Shown in pieces: positions 41,532-53,465 of a stretch of DNA of 64,000 nt. This DNA is from Salisapilia sapeloensis CBS 127946 (lineage: Eukaryota > Protista > Oomycota). The position numbers and the translations under genes were made by a program. The notes beneath the pieces are model-generated. The model ran no database searches and was not told where the DNA came from. It was given only the letters and a program-made list of their open reading frames with translations. The DNA lies in NCBI GenBank assembly GCA_023334545.1, contig JAADVB010000023.1:1-64000 (forward strand), read 5' to 3'. How positions within the stretch are numbered: position 1 is the stretch's first letter; each line of letters starts with the position of its first letter.

Positions 41532-43742
41532 ATGACAAAGAGCGAAGAGATGGAGCAGCTTCTGGCGCAATATCTGCGGCAAAAAGGCTACCAAGTATCC
41601 CATCCGAGCAGCGTCAAGACCGAGCAGCCTCCTCGCAGTCTACAGGACTACACGGCATCCCTCGGACTCTCCACGGATGACAGCGTCGCCAACCACTTGC
41701 TCTTTGATAATGTCACGTCATCCTCTCCTGAAGCAATTGTCGTGTCTTACCAAAACATGGTGAACTGGATCGAGAGCTCACTGGACATGTACAAATTCGA
41801 GTTGCACGCTCTCTCCTTTCCTCTCTTCACGCATGTATATTTGGATCTCATGGCCGCTGGGCACGTAGATCAAGCCCACGCGTTCTTCCGTCAATTCAGT
41901 AGTGAGCACAAAGCTCTGCACTTTGCAGAGCTACAGCAATTGTCTCTCGTCACGTCTCCGTCGCACTTGGATAGCAACGAGTACGTCCAGCAGGTTTTCC
42001 GGGACAAGTTCCCCATCTACTTGAGTATGCTGTCCTTCCAGCTCTTACAGCACTTTCTGCGACAAGGTGAAGGATTTAGCATGCTGGCACTGCTCAATGC
42101 ACGTACTCGGATCATTGTGAAAACGCATCAACCTCAATTGCTACTGTCGCAACTGGAGAAAGATGCTGTCTCGGAAAAAGATGTACAGCAGGAAGATTCG
42201 CCACGACAGGTAGAAGACGATAAGCATGCGTCTCGGCAGCAAACGTCTGAGATTATCAGCTCTGGTACGATCGGTACACGTGAGACGGAGAATGGGACGA
42301 CAGTTGCGACTGGAGAGTACAGTCTCGCGTACATGGCACATGCAGTCGGTAGTTCTGGTAGCTCTTTGGAAGACATGAACAGTGTCTTTAACGTCCGATG
42401 GGGGGTTATTCCAGAGACCCAAATCCCAGTTCCGGAAGACGAAGACATGGAGGCTGGAGATGGAGACAAGACGGACGACGGAGCAGACAAGAAAGCCAAG
42501 GAGAAAGTAGAGGCAGAAAGTAGTTTGAAAAAGCGAGAGACAGGTCCGGTGCCTGATCGAAAGGATGCGTTTAATTCCGAGATTTTAGAGAAGCTAGTGC
42601 TGCGTCAGCCTCCGGAGCTGAAGAAGAAGCACTTTGAGGACTTGAGACTGCGACCGAGTCTGGACCGATCCCACCTGCCCAGCGCTCTGCACTTTACAGT
42701 CCTCAACACTGCCGTCGATAACGTGAACAACGTCATCTGTAGCGACGACCTCGCTCTTGTCGCATCCACCCACAACGACGGGTCCTGTCGAGTGTGGAGA
42801 CAGGATGCGAATCCGTTGGGAACGTCTGCTGGGTCGGAAGGCGTCTCCTCCACGGTCTCGGACGAGGAGCGGCATGCGACGTTGCGAGGCCACTCGTCCT
42901 CGGTCTTCGGCGCATCCTTCTCCCCAGACGACCGTCTTCTGGTCACGGCTTCAGGCGATGGAACATGCCGCATGTGGAGTCTCGCAGCCAAGGCGACGGT
43001 GTGTGTCTACCGCTCGCACTGCTCTCTCCCTGTCTGGGACGTCCAGTTCGGTCCTCTAGGCTACTACTTTGCGTCCTCCGGGATGGACCGGACTGCTCGA
43101 CTGTGGAGCACAGACCGACTGTTTCCACTGCGTCTGTACGCAGGTCACCTGTCGGACGTGAACTGCAGTCAATTCCATCCGAACCAGAACTACCTCGCGA
43201 CTGCATCGGACGACAAGAGCGTTCGACTGTGGGACGTCCAGACGGGTATCTGCCTCAAGGCGTTCACTGGTCACTCGGATAGTGTCAACAGCGTCGCGTT
43301 CTCTCCTGACGGGAAGCTCCTGGCGTCTGCCGGGCAGGATAAACTGGTCAACGTGTGGGACTTGCGGATGAACAAGAAACTAGCAACGCTCATCGGTCAC
43401 TCGGACGCCGTGCACGATCTGAGCTTTAGTATGGAGAGCTCGCTCTTGGCGTCAGGAGGAAAGGACTCGACCGTCCGGCTGTGGGACGTGACGAAGCTGC
43501 AGCATCACGTGTTCCAGCCGCAGGTCGAGTCAAACGGATGGTCTCAGATGAAGAAGCGCAAGGTGGACAAGTGGGTGCATCCGGTGGCGACGATCACGGA
43601 GGAGATGGCCAAGGGACTGGCGCCTAGCTCCAACTACCTGCTGAAGACGTTGAAAGTGAAGCAAACGTGTGTGACGAGCGTCATGTTCACGAAGCGTAAT
43701 TTGTTGGCGACGGGCGGCGTGCTCCAACCCAACGTAAAGTAA
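41532..43742 (+). CDS. TAF5: TFIID subunit 5 (LisH, NTD2, WD40)
   Basis: LLAQYLRQKGY (LisH), WIESSLDMYKFELHALSFPLFTHVYLDL (NTD2), WD40 repeats LRGHSSSVFGASFSPD, PVWDVQFGPLGYYFAS, GHLSDVNCSQFHPN, LFTKRNLLATGG-type C-terminus. Confidence 0.95.
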   Translation: MTKSEEMEQLLAQYLRQKGYQVSHPSSVKTEQPPRSLQDYTASLGLSTDDSVANHLLFDNVTSSSPEAIVVSYQNMVNWIESSLDMYKFELHALSFPLFTHVYLDLMAAGHVDQAHAFFRQFSSEHKALHFAELQQLSLVTSPSHLDSNEYVQQVFRDKFPIYLSMLSFQLLQHFLRQGEGFSMLALLNARTRIIVKTHQPQLLLSQLEKDAVSEKDVQQEDSPRQVEDDKHASRQQTSEIISSGTIGTRETENGTTVATGEYSLAYMAHAVGSSGSSLEDMNSVFNVRWGVIPETQIPVPEDEDMEAGDGDKTDDGADKKAKEKVEAESSLKKRETGPVPDRKDAFNSEILEKLVLRQPPELKKKHFEDLRLRPSLDRSHLPSALHFTVLNTAVDNVNNVICSDDLALVASTHNDGSCRVWRQDANPLGTSAGSEGVSSTVSDEERHATLRGHSSSVFGASFSPDDRLLVTASGDGTCRMWSLAAKATVCVYRSHCSLPVWDVQFGPLGYYFASSGMDRTARLWSTDRLFPLRLYAGHLSDVNCSQFHPNQNYLATASDDKSVRLWDVQTGICLKAFTGHSDSVNSVAFSPDGKLLASAGQDKLVNVWDLRMNKKLATLIGHSDAVHDLSFSMESSLLASGGKDSTVRLWDVTKLQHHVFQPQVESNGWSQMKKRKVDKWVHPVATITEEMAKGLAPSSNYLLKTLKVKQTCVTSVMFTKRNLLATGGVLQPNVK

Positions 43743-43759
43743 AAAAGAGACCGTTTTCT

Positions 43760-44528
43760 TTATTTCCTCCATAACAGGGTCAATGTGGACGCCAGTAAGA
43801 GACCGAAGAGCACCTTTTGCTGCGTCTCGAGCTTGTGCAGATGCGCCGTGAGTCCTTGCGTCGCGTTCGAAGCGTACTTGCCGAGGACGTCTGTTTCTAG
43901 ATTCACGGAGGATCCGACGGACTTGGATGGAAGCGTGATTTGGGCCTGCGTGTGCTTGACGAGCATGACGTTGAACCACCCTTGGACATAATCGACGTCA
44001 CATACGGTGAGACTCGTGCCGTCGATGGCGATGAAGCCTTTCGGGACAATGTGCTGGAGGATGGACGCTGGCGTCGAGATACGTACCCAGACTGAGTCAC
44101 CTTCCGGCACGAACGATTGGATGGATCCTGTTCCGTCCACATGCCCTTGGACAAAATGTCCACTGTTACGGTCCTGTGCACTCATGCCTCGTTCCACATT
44201 CACTCGATCACCTTCCGACAAGTCCTTCAAGTTGGATCGACGGAGTCTACCATACTGTCAGTAGGTCATAGCATATATATTGAATAATCCCCTACGTTTC
44301 AAGCGAGACGCCGAACGCCACTGTTCCTGTGACGTTGTTGATCTCAATGGCTGTCAAGCACACGCCGTTGATCGCAATGCTGCATCCAATGTACGCGTCC
44401 TCGAGTCCTTTTGCCATGCGCACCGACAACGTCCACCCCTTTCCGACACTACCATCCCACAATTTCATGTCCTGGACCTCCTCCATGGCCACGACATGGC
44501 CGATTTCTTCCACAATACCAGTAAACAT
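43760..44528 (-). CDS. RIB5: Riboflavin synthase (alpha-type) with a C-terminal hydrophobic extension; 2 exons
   Basis: MFTGIVEE N-terminus, GCSIAINGVCLT, ETLRRSNL, VNVER, GHFVQGHVDG, KGFIAIDGTSLT, VNLETDVLGKY. 49-nt intron 44247-44295. Confidence 0.95.
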
Positions 44529-44816
44529 GCCTGACGATGTCTTTGTGTCGCTTATAAGTGATCTAGGTACTATGTAGATATGTGATTGGTAGAAAAGCCG
44601 CGACACGTCGGCTAGTCACCTGCGTTGATTGACACAAAAAGAACATCGCACAGCATACAAACATCGAGTGGCGAGGTGTACCTGACCTCAGTACGACGCC
44701 ACAAACCGATTTGGAGCGAGAAGCAAACGGTGGATACTTGCACGCGGATGGCACATCACTTGAATTCCACTGGCACTAGCCTTCCCAATACGCATGCCAG
44801 TACAGTAGACACGAGC

Positions 44817-46240
44817 ATGCGGATGGACACTGCGATGGCGTCCAATGACCAGCAGACAGACGACCAGGCCGCGAGAGCTTTGGAAGAGATGAGCATCCTG
44901 ACTCCAGAGTGGCGGCAGTACTTTGAACGAACACCGCTAGGGAGAGAGTGTCGCTCGTGGTTCTACTTGGACTCGGACACAATCTTTCTAAACCACAATG
45001 CATACGGCGCGACGGCCAAACCTGGTATGAACGAATTCACTATTCTATGTATGTGGAGAGGAAACTGACGATGTGTTATACAGTGCTACAAGCTCAAGCG
45101 CAGTATGTGAACCAGATGGAGCGGAACCCAGACCGGTTCTTGCGACGGGAGAAGCCAAGACTCTTGCGGCAGGCTACCACCAAGCTAGCCGACTTTGTCC
45201 GAGCCGACCCAGACGACCTCGTCTTCGTCACGAACGCCACCACAGGCATCAACAGCGTACTCTTCTCGCTCGACCTGCAGGAAGGAGATGAAGTGCTCTG
45301 TCTCAACCTCACATACCCCGCCGTCCTGAACACGTTGCGGCATATTTGCTTTTACACACAAGAGTTTGTCGAGCTCAAAGTCGTCGACATCCACCTCCCA
45401 CTCTCTTCTTGCGACGAGCTGATCGAGCAAATTAAGCAAGCGATCACGCCGAACACCCGACTTGCCGTGTTGGACCACATCGCCAGCTGCACCGGCTTCG
45501 TCGTCCCGCTGGAAGAGCTCATCCCGATCTTCCACGCAAACAACATTCCTGTCCTAGTGGATGGCGCGAGTGCCCCTGGTCAGCTCCCGCTGCAGCTGCG
45601 TGACCTCGGCGCCGACTTTTACGTCGGAAATTGCTACAAGTGGATGATGTCATCCAAGAGCTGTGCCTTCTTGTACGTGTCGAAGGAGTTCCAGAACACG
45701 GTGCGTCCAGTCGTGACGTCTTTGGGCTACGGCCAAGGGTTCATCGAAGAGTTCTCTGTCCAGGGAACGAGAGATGAAGCCAGCTTCCTGTCGCTCGTGA
45801 CTGCTTTAGACTTTTACGAAAGCGTCGGGGTCGAACGCGTCTTTGCCCATAACAAATCGCTCATCGACTGGGCGTCCAACTATCTGGCCGAGCAGTGGGG
45901 AACTGATCAGCTGCTGCCGCCATGCCAACGAGCTCCGTTCGTCTCCCTTGTGCGCATGCCACTGAACTGGCCGACGATAGTGAACGAGATGGGGGAGACC
46001 GTCCAGATGTCGGAGAGCCAGGTGAACAATATCTGCGAGGGACTGGTGAATCTCTTGATGGATCGCTTCCACGTGACGGTGCGTGTGAGTGCCGTCCAGG
46101 GCAACATTTACGTACGCATCAGTGCGCAAATGTATAATGAAAGAAAAGACTTTGAGGCGTTGGCAAAAGCCGTGCTGGATCTCGTACGGGCACCGACGAT
46201 GGTGGACCAATTGGCCCAGATGAATCTCCAGTCTAGTTAA
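44817..46240 (+). CDS. PLP-dependent class V aminotransferase: Egt2 hercynylcysteine-sulfoxide lyase / L-cysteine desulfhydrase / isopenicillin N epimerase-like; 2 exons
   Basis: FLNHNAYGA, VFVTNATTGINSVL, LDHIASCTG, VLVDGASAPGQ, FYVGNCYKW, GTRD, YVRISAQMYN. 59-nt intron 45025-45083. Start uncertain (44748-44834). Confidence 0.88.
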
Positions 46241-47222
46241 TTTTTATGGCTCGTTTTCCTTGTTGCATAAGTGTAAATGAGAGCGCGGTCGGATCTACCA
46301 GTTGGAGACTTTGTTTCACGTTGCGGTTTCTTGTCTTGTGGAAAGAGCTATCAGTTGGAGTGATGCGGGCTTTTGCGCAGCGACCGAAAGTGCAGCTGCC
46401 TACAAGGCTCGCTTCTCTGCAATGAATCTTGTAGCGATGCTGTGAAGGCTAATTGGGGTTCACATTAAGATCTAGAGAGCGATATATCGAAGACGGATCG
46501 TCTGCTTCATCAAGTGCGCAGGTGTGGCGGAAGAAGTAATGGTTCGCCAACAAGTGTGGAGCGAAACTGTTGCTTATTCGGAACGATACGTCTTCGACGA
46601 GCAGCTCATTCATGGAATGTCTTTTAGATAGAAAGTAGAATGTTAAATAAAGGTAGTAAAGGATTTTCAAGCTGCACACTTGCTTCTGTTGTTTACATTA
46701 ATACGCCACTTGGTATCGAGAAGTGATGGCTGGAAACTTGGAACAAGGTTGAAGGTGTATCTTGCTTTTGATTATGCAGGGCTCGAATCAGACATACGCT
46801 GTGCCTCACCCAGGTAGGATTCTGTCGCATGCGATTACTGCATTCTCGACGAACAAGTGAATAGGCTAGCGCAAGCGAGGTATCGACACTACGGTGTCGC
46901 TACATGTACTAGCAATACATGGCACATGACGCTTTATTAAAAATCCTACGCTTGCAAATGTATGACGCCAACAGTCATTGCTGTAGCATCGTCAATGCTT
47001 CTACCAGCGTCAAAAATCTACTACAAAGTGACTGCGCTCGTAGACAGTGTCGGACGACCAGGTAGTCTTTTCTTTGCTGGATTTTGGTCCACAATACACT
47101 ATCCACCATTTGCACCTACAATCGACACTCTTTTCTATGTAATATTTCAGGACATGACTCCATCAAAAAAATTCTCCCGACAACATTTGCATTCGATCTT
47201 TCGCACTAAACTAAGAGACACG

Positions 47223-48424
47223 ATGGAACAAATCACGACCATGGAGGGCGCTCTCCGCAGCGCCGAGGCGACGCTTGACCACCTCTTCAACCCTGACTTG
47301 GACCAGGACAAGAGCATCCCCATCGACTTTCTCCACAAGGCCAAGGGCCTCGCCTTTATCACCGTCATCAAGGCTGGTTTCATCTGGACCGGCAAAGTCG
47401 GCACTGGTGCGCCCATCATTTTAATCTATGCATTCTCCTACTTATATTGTGCGGTGCAGGTGTGGTCATTAGCAAGCAGGCGGACGGACGCTGGTCGGCA
47501 CCGAGTGCCATCGGCACCGCCGGCATGGGCTTTGGTATGGAGATGGGAGGTCAGATGATCGAGTTCATGGTCGTCCTCAACTCGGACGCCGCCGTGAAGA
47601 GCTTCATGCAGCGCGGTCAGTTTTCTGCTGGCGCCAACTTTGAGATCGCTGCTGGCCCGTACGGCCGAGCTGCAGGTACTGTTCCGTACTTGTACCCTAT
47701 GTTTCTTATTCTCACGTCGTGTAGGCATGTCTGCGAATGTGAGTGCATCGGGTGTCGCGCCTAGCTACACGTACAGTCACTCGAAGGGTCTGTTTGGTGG
47801 CATCGGATTGCAAGGATCTGGCATCATGGCTCGAAACGACCTGAACAAGAAGTTTTACGGTCGCGACATTTCGCCCACGGAGATCCTTACTGGTACAGTA
47901 GCTACACGCAAGTTTACTTCGATGGAATGCTCATGTAGTGCGGAATAGGTGCGGTGGACCAACCAGCAGCCGCGTCGGCGCTGTACGACGCCTTGAACCG
48001 ACTGATTGCGATCCCGCCATCGCAGAACGCAACGTACCTGCGTAAAAAGTATTGGGATCCGTACTTTGCGACTGAAAAGATGCCTGCTGCTGCAACCGGC
48101 AATGACGTCCAGATCGTGTACGACCGTGTGCTCCATACGATTCGATCGTTCGGACATGACGACGAAGGCGTGGAGCAGTTCAAGAACCAGTGCAAGGAGT
48201 TTGGTCAGAACAGGATCACGGACGCCGACTTTACGGGGTACTTGGAGGCTCAGTTCTCGCGAGAGCAACTGTTGACGCTTGTCCCGGATGTGATCAAGCT
48301 CTTGCAAGACCAGAACAAGCGTAAGAGCGTGTGGGACTTTTACCTAGGTGTAAAGAAGCAGCTGAGCGAAGCCAGCACTGGTCGCAACGACGGTAGTGCC
48401 AAGGCGTCTCCGTCCCTCTTCTAA
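47223..48424 (+). CDS. SYLF/Ysc84-domain (SH3YL1-like) protein with a C-terminal helical PAH-like domain; 4 exons
   Basis: IPIDFLHKAKGLAFITVIKAGF, GVVISKQADGRWSAPSAIG, EFMVVLNS, YSHSKGLFGG, NKKFYG. Three short GT-AG introns join ORFs 46962-47558, 47447-47764, 47640-47948 and 47954-48424. Confidence 0.88.
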
Positions 48425-49077
48425 GCACTTTATCACAATCGTAATTGTCATTTGATTTCTCTTTCGTCAGCTATCGTGTTCTGTCGTGGATGGTACTCTT
48501 TGGCAGCGTGCGTTCTCCAAGAGTTTACGATATAGAGTCGACTTTCTGAATAGGACAAAACTGAGGTCGTCCTTTGAACGTCCTCTGTCATCCGAGGCTT
48601 AATTGGTCTTGACATGTAGATAACTACGAGGATGCAACCAAAAGGAAATCGCGGGGATGCTGTATACCTTGAAAGAACTGTAAGTGGGTCTCCATTATCA
48701 TGCTATCAAGTGACAAGATATGCTTTTCCTAGTCTATCCAGCAAATGAGTTTCGTACTGCTATAGGATGGTACCATTTTGTCTTGACAGTTCGTCTTTTC
48801 GTAAAAGTGGCATTCGTGTGCTCAACTCTTCTAACTTTCCAGTCGTACGCTGCCTGATTCGTCTCGACCCAAGTCTGACCAATTCGTGATCCTGTCATTC
48901 TTCCCGACGTCGAAACAGCAATATCTACGTACCCTTGTATCGTGCCAAGTTGGCCTTGTTGGATATTTTCTATGAGTCGTTTTTCCCACTCTCAAACTCG
49001 ACTTCGTATACACTGATGCAAACGTAACAAGGCGAGTGAAGAGATAATCAAAGCTTTCTGTTGCCTATCTATATTAA

Positions 49078-50334
49078 TCAACAACATCCAGGGCAATTGT
49101 GGAGTGAATCATGGACATAGATGTCGCAGTCTTCACAAAACTCGTTCTGGCAGCCGCCGCATTGATACCGCTCTTCCTTTCCAAATTGCTTTAAGCATGC
49201 AAAACATACTTTCCGCTGCCCACTTCCAGTTTTGATCGTCTCGAATTTCGGAATCGGGAAGAGGTGGTGGTAGCTTCGTGCGAGATGAGGCGAGGACACA
49301 AGAGGGAGGCTACAAACTTTGCACGTGGTCGGCAGCTCACAGCTTTTGCTCTGGCAGCGAGGACACAAATACCCGATGGTCGTGAATGCTTCGTGGCAGG
49401 TGCAGAGCGACAGACTGCCCGTCTTCCGCTGGGGAAAGCCCATTTCCACCAACGTTGCGAACTTGGCAGCGTTCGAGACCACAGTTGGGCTCGGGAAAGT
49501 GAAATTCGTCAGCAGTTCGGTCATGTGGTTCGCGTCCGAAGCTACGTAATAGTTGCCATGCGTCTGCTCGCTAATGTACCGGAGCAGACGCATCTCCGCA
49601 CCGATCCCAATGAAACTAACGCGAATCTTCTCGCGCTTTAGAGCTGCGACTGTGGCGAAGATGTCTCCCGGATCTGCCGTCACGAGGCTGCCATACACAC
49701 ACAAGATCTCCCGACTGCCATAGGATGGGACGGTTTTTAATGAACTTTTCGCTAGCTCAAGTGCGTTCTGGAGAGAGGGCTCGGACGAGACAGCCGTGGC
49801 GGACTCGATGTGGCTGATGTGCTGCTTTGGATTGCCTGAGAGATCACTCAGTTTGGACGATTGGAGCCCTTGGATGCCGATGACACCGAGCTGAGAGATC
49901 GGATTCTGGTCAAAGTAGTCCTTAACAAAGGAGGAGACTGAGGTTTGAACACAGGACAGGCGATGTGGCTTCCAGTCCTTCTCCGACATGCCACGCGAAA
50001 GATCGATGGCGAGACACATGTACCGGATGAGGCCCTTACGGACATTGCGTGCAATCTCCAAGCGTCTGGATAGTAGACTGGTTAGCTCTCAATAATAAAT
50101 GCAAATAGAGAGAGGTGTACCGTTGGCGATGCGGCTTAGTGGCTGGATCATAGACCTTCAGTCGTCCAGACTCGTCCTCCTGGATGGTCTCCCAACTCCG
50201 CTCGAGGTCTCCTTCCCACGCATATCCTCGAGCTGTACAAGTATTGAAGTAGTGTGAGTATACTGCAACAATCTAGAGCCATGTAAAAGGAATGAGAAAG
50301 AATACAGACTTGGTTCCTCGTCTCCTGCATCCAT
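49078..50334 (-). CDS. GTF2H2: TFIIH subunit p44/Ssl1; 3 exons
   Basis: GYAWEEDLERSWETIQEDESG, vWA domain (IDLSRGM, YFDQNPISQLG, PSLQNALE, SREIL, DPGDI), C4 finger CPRC...CKVC and C-terminal CFAC...CGGC...CEDCD...HNCPGC. Confidence 0.96.
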
Positions 50335-50502
50335 TCCAGCTTTATCAATTGATGCTGAGCCGTGGTTTTAAAAGCGTTTCTATTTAATTTTTTCTTAATT
50401 TCCATGAATTATGTACGTTTTGCAGCGATTGTCGAGTTAACAGTATGCATGGAAAATGTACTATATTCCTAGATCTACATGTGCGTACGGGTTGAATAAA
50501 GC

Positions 50503-52965
50503 TTAGACAAAGAAAGATGGTTTATGCTTTTTGTCCATACTCGAAACGACTGACACAGGGCTTTCACTGACGGAAGAGTACATGGCGACCGACGGCGAGG
50601 ACGGTCGGAAGTTACTACTGTTGTGCGATGGCGAGGGTGGAGAGAGGCCGAGCTCACGAAGGCACTCGGATGGTCGAATATCGTCATCTCCATTGGTAAG
50701 GTAGTACGGGGAAAGCCGTCTACCAGCCAAGTTCGCTAAAGCGTTTTCCTCTTCAACGCTTAGGAGGTCACTTCGTTTGGGTTCGTTGTTGACCTGACTG
50801 TATGGAGATGGGTTTGTCGTTGCAGACGAATGAATGGATGATGCTTTACCTTCGTCATCTCGTCTCTGTCTCGAAGATCGAGAGGTCTGGATGTCAAACA
50901 TCCTTGTCCGAACGAAATTGGACAATCGACCTCCATATTCATCCGGTGGCACGGCACTCACATCGTGCTTATCCTTGCACAGGAGCGAACCGAGGAACCA
51001 ACGTTGGGCTGTCCAGCGCCAGTTATACCGCTGTAGCATATCCACGATGCCGACGTAGTAGATGTTGTCTCGGCGGTACGAGTACAGTCCCTGTGTCTGG
51101 GTTTCCGTATCTTCAGCACTCCCGTTGTGCCGAACGCCAAGTAGAATAGAGTAGTCGATAATTCCCCGACTCGCCAGGAAGACAATGTCATCGCACAGCT
51201 GACCTTGCAAATTTTGTGCGTTCGCTTCGGACAGCGCGACGCCGTTACTGAACTTGCGAAAGTCAATGTCCATCATGAGCTTTTTGATCGTTTTGTGCTG
51301 CCGAGCGAGTTGGATGTACCGCTCGACCTGGTTGGAGTGCACTGCCTGTCGTCGGTCACAATTACCTTTCAGATCAAAGCGTTGGTGCACAGGATTCTCG
51401 TGGAAGAGGTTCTGCATGACAACAAAGTACATCCGTCTTTTGCCGACTGGCAGAGATATGGAATGGCAGCCATAGTACCGACAAAGCAATGTCTGAGGGT
51501 TTGATGTGAGATAGCGATGGTACATGGGTCTATCCAAATGCTGTTAGAAGATAAAATGTAATCCATAGAAATGGTGTATGTACAAGATAGCTCGCAAAGT
51601 ATCGAACTCTTCTTTCGGAACACTCTTTACCATGAACTGCTTGTTGGCTATGGGCAAAAGGAAATACTTTAAAGACAGATTAAAGTGGTGGAGTAGGTTG
51701 GGCGTACCTGTAAAGTAGAAAATGTTACCACTTTTTCCTTCCGAACCGTGCTCACTTAGAATGTTATCTAATTTAAACGAATCGAGGTAGTCCTCGGGTG
51801 TGATACCGGACAATGCCCGTAAATCATGGAAGACTTTTGGTGCCGAGTCTCGAAACGACAGGACAGTCGAGTCCATTTCACCATGTATGACGATAGACAT
51901 GGACTCTACGACGCTGTAGTCATCAAAGACAATTTCTGTCTGGTCGTTCGCCTCTACATCAATCGCTTGCTTTGTTGACTGAATAATTCCCATAGACGTG
52001 TACTTCATAATGTCCATTCGGAGCTGATTAGACACATCCAGTCGATCATCGCCATCCTCCGAAGCAGCCAAAGTTCCCATTCCAGTCACTTCATGCTGAT
52101 ACTGATTGTCGGCGTTGCTAGATCTTAAGGCTCGAAAGACCCCAGCGTCCCGACAGAAAAGGATGAAGATGCCCATAGTCTCCAGTACAAGTGCCAACTG
52201 GTGAATAGTGTTTCCGATTGTCTCTGCTCCCTTTAAAATTAGTTGGAGGACGTACAAGAGAAACCCAATTGCTGTATCCGTGGCAAAGATGATTAAATAG
52301 GGCAAAATGAGTTTGGCCATACGTCTGGTCGTTTGGTGGGCGTGGGATTCAAGTCGGCGAGATTTTTTCCATGCACGAATGAGCGCCTGGGTGATGTACA
52401 AAACGATGATGTAAGACGGAAGATAGTACAGCAAAAGAATGTGGTGTGCCTCTGAAAGTTCGATACTAGTAAACGCGAATCGGAAAATAATACACCACAG
52501 GGCCGCTGCTGGCCATGCAACGACGTGGTGCTTGAGACTGTCGACGCTGAATGGTAAGAAAGGGTTGGACAGGGAAAAGATCAGGTCAAGGGCGAGCATG
52601 AGGTACCACATCGTGCCAGCAGTGTAAAAGAAGAGAGTGCACCAGAAGAAGAATGGCTCGTACTCGCTCAGACGATCGTTCTGCCCGTATACTTCGCTGA
52701 CAGCAATGTCGCTTAACGTTGCAGGCCGGTCCGTCGAATCATACCCATCAGTGTCTGGCTTTAGCAAACATGCCGTAGGCCATGTATTCAAAGCGACTCG
52801 AGCTATGTTTGAAATGCACGTCGTAAGACCAATTGAGAGGAGAACTGGGCCGGGGTGGTTGCGAGTGACCTGGTACTTGCAGAAAAAATAGACCAAAGCT
52901 ATGCCTGCAACGAAGCACGAGACTAGTGCGGCGATCTGCCATATCCAGAAGAAGATGTACGTCAT
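50503..52965 (-). CDS. GPCR-PIP kinase (7TM domain fused to phosphatidylinositol phosphate kinase); 3 exons
   Basis: Seven hydrophobic segments, then PIPK motifs GKSGNIFYFT, FMVKSV, RFDLKG, DYSILLG, YVGIVDMLQRY. Introns 51648-51707 and about 51531-51585. Confidence 0.93.
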
Positions 52966-53465
52966 TAGAAGGAATACGCCCGAGTACCGTAAAAATGAAG
53001 TTCGTTTCCTTGTCTTGGGTGTGAAAGGTGTTTGTGCGCGGTATCGTCTTCCTACGCACCTTCAAACTATAGCTGGTAGTGAATGAGCGACTTGGTGACT
53101 TGGTGACGCTTTAAACTAGTATACACAAGGGTCACTTACGTGAGACTAGTGCAGCTTGGAGAGAGGAAGCGTGCAAGTAGCTTACTTCGGTGAGGGCGGA
53201 ACTGGTGTACAACGGCAGATATACTTTCTTCCATAAACGTTATTGACGCACTGGTCCCATTATCTGACCATTTCTTCATTGCGCCATGTACTTCTGGGAA
53301 AATTCCTAAGTTTCCATCGATTTCATGTTCTGTGCATTTCATGTTCAGAAGAAAGTCCGATAGATACATGGTATGCGAAAGACCGTTTTACCCATGAAAG
53401 CGACGTTTTGCTACCGTTTCTTCATTTAAGTGACTTCTCACTTGGAAGAACTTGATTTGATTTAA

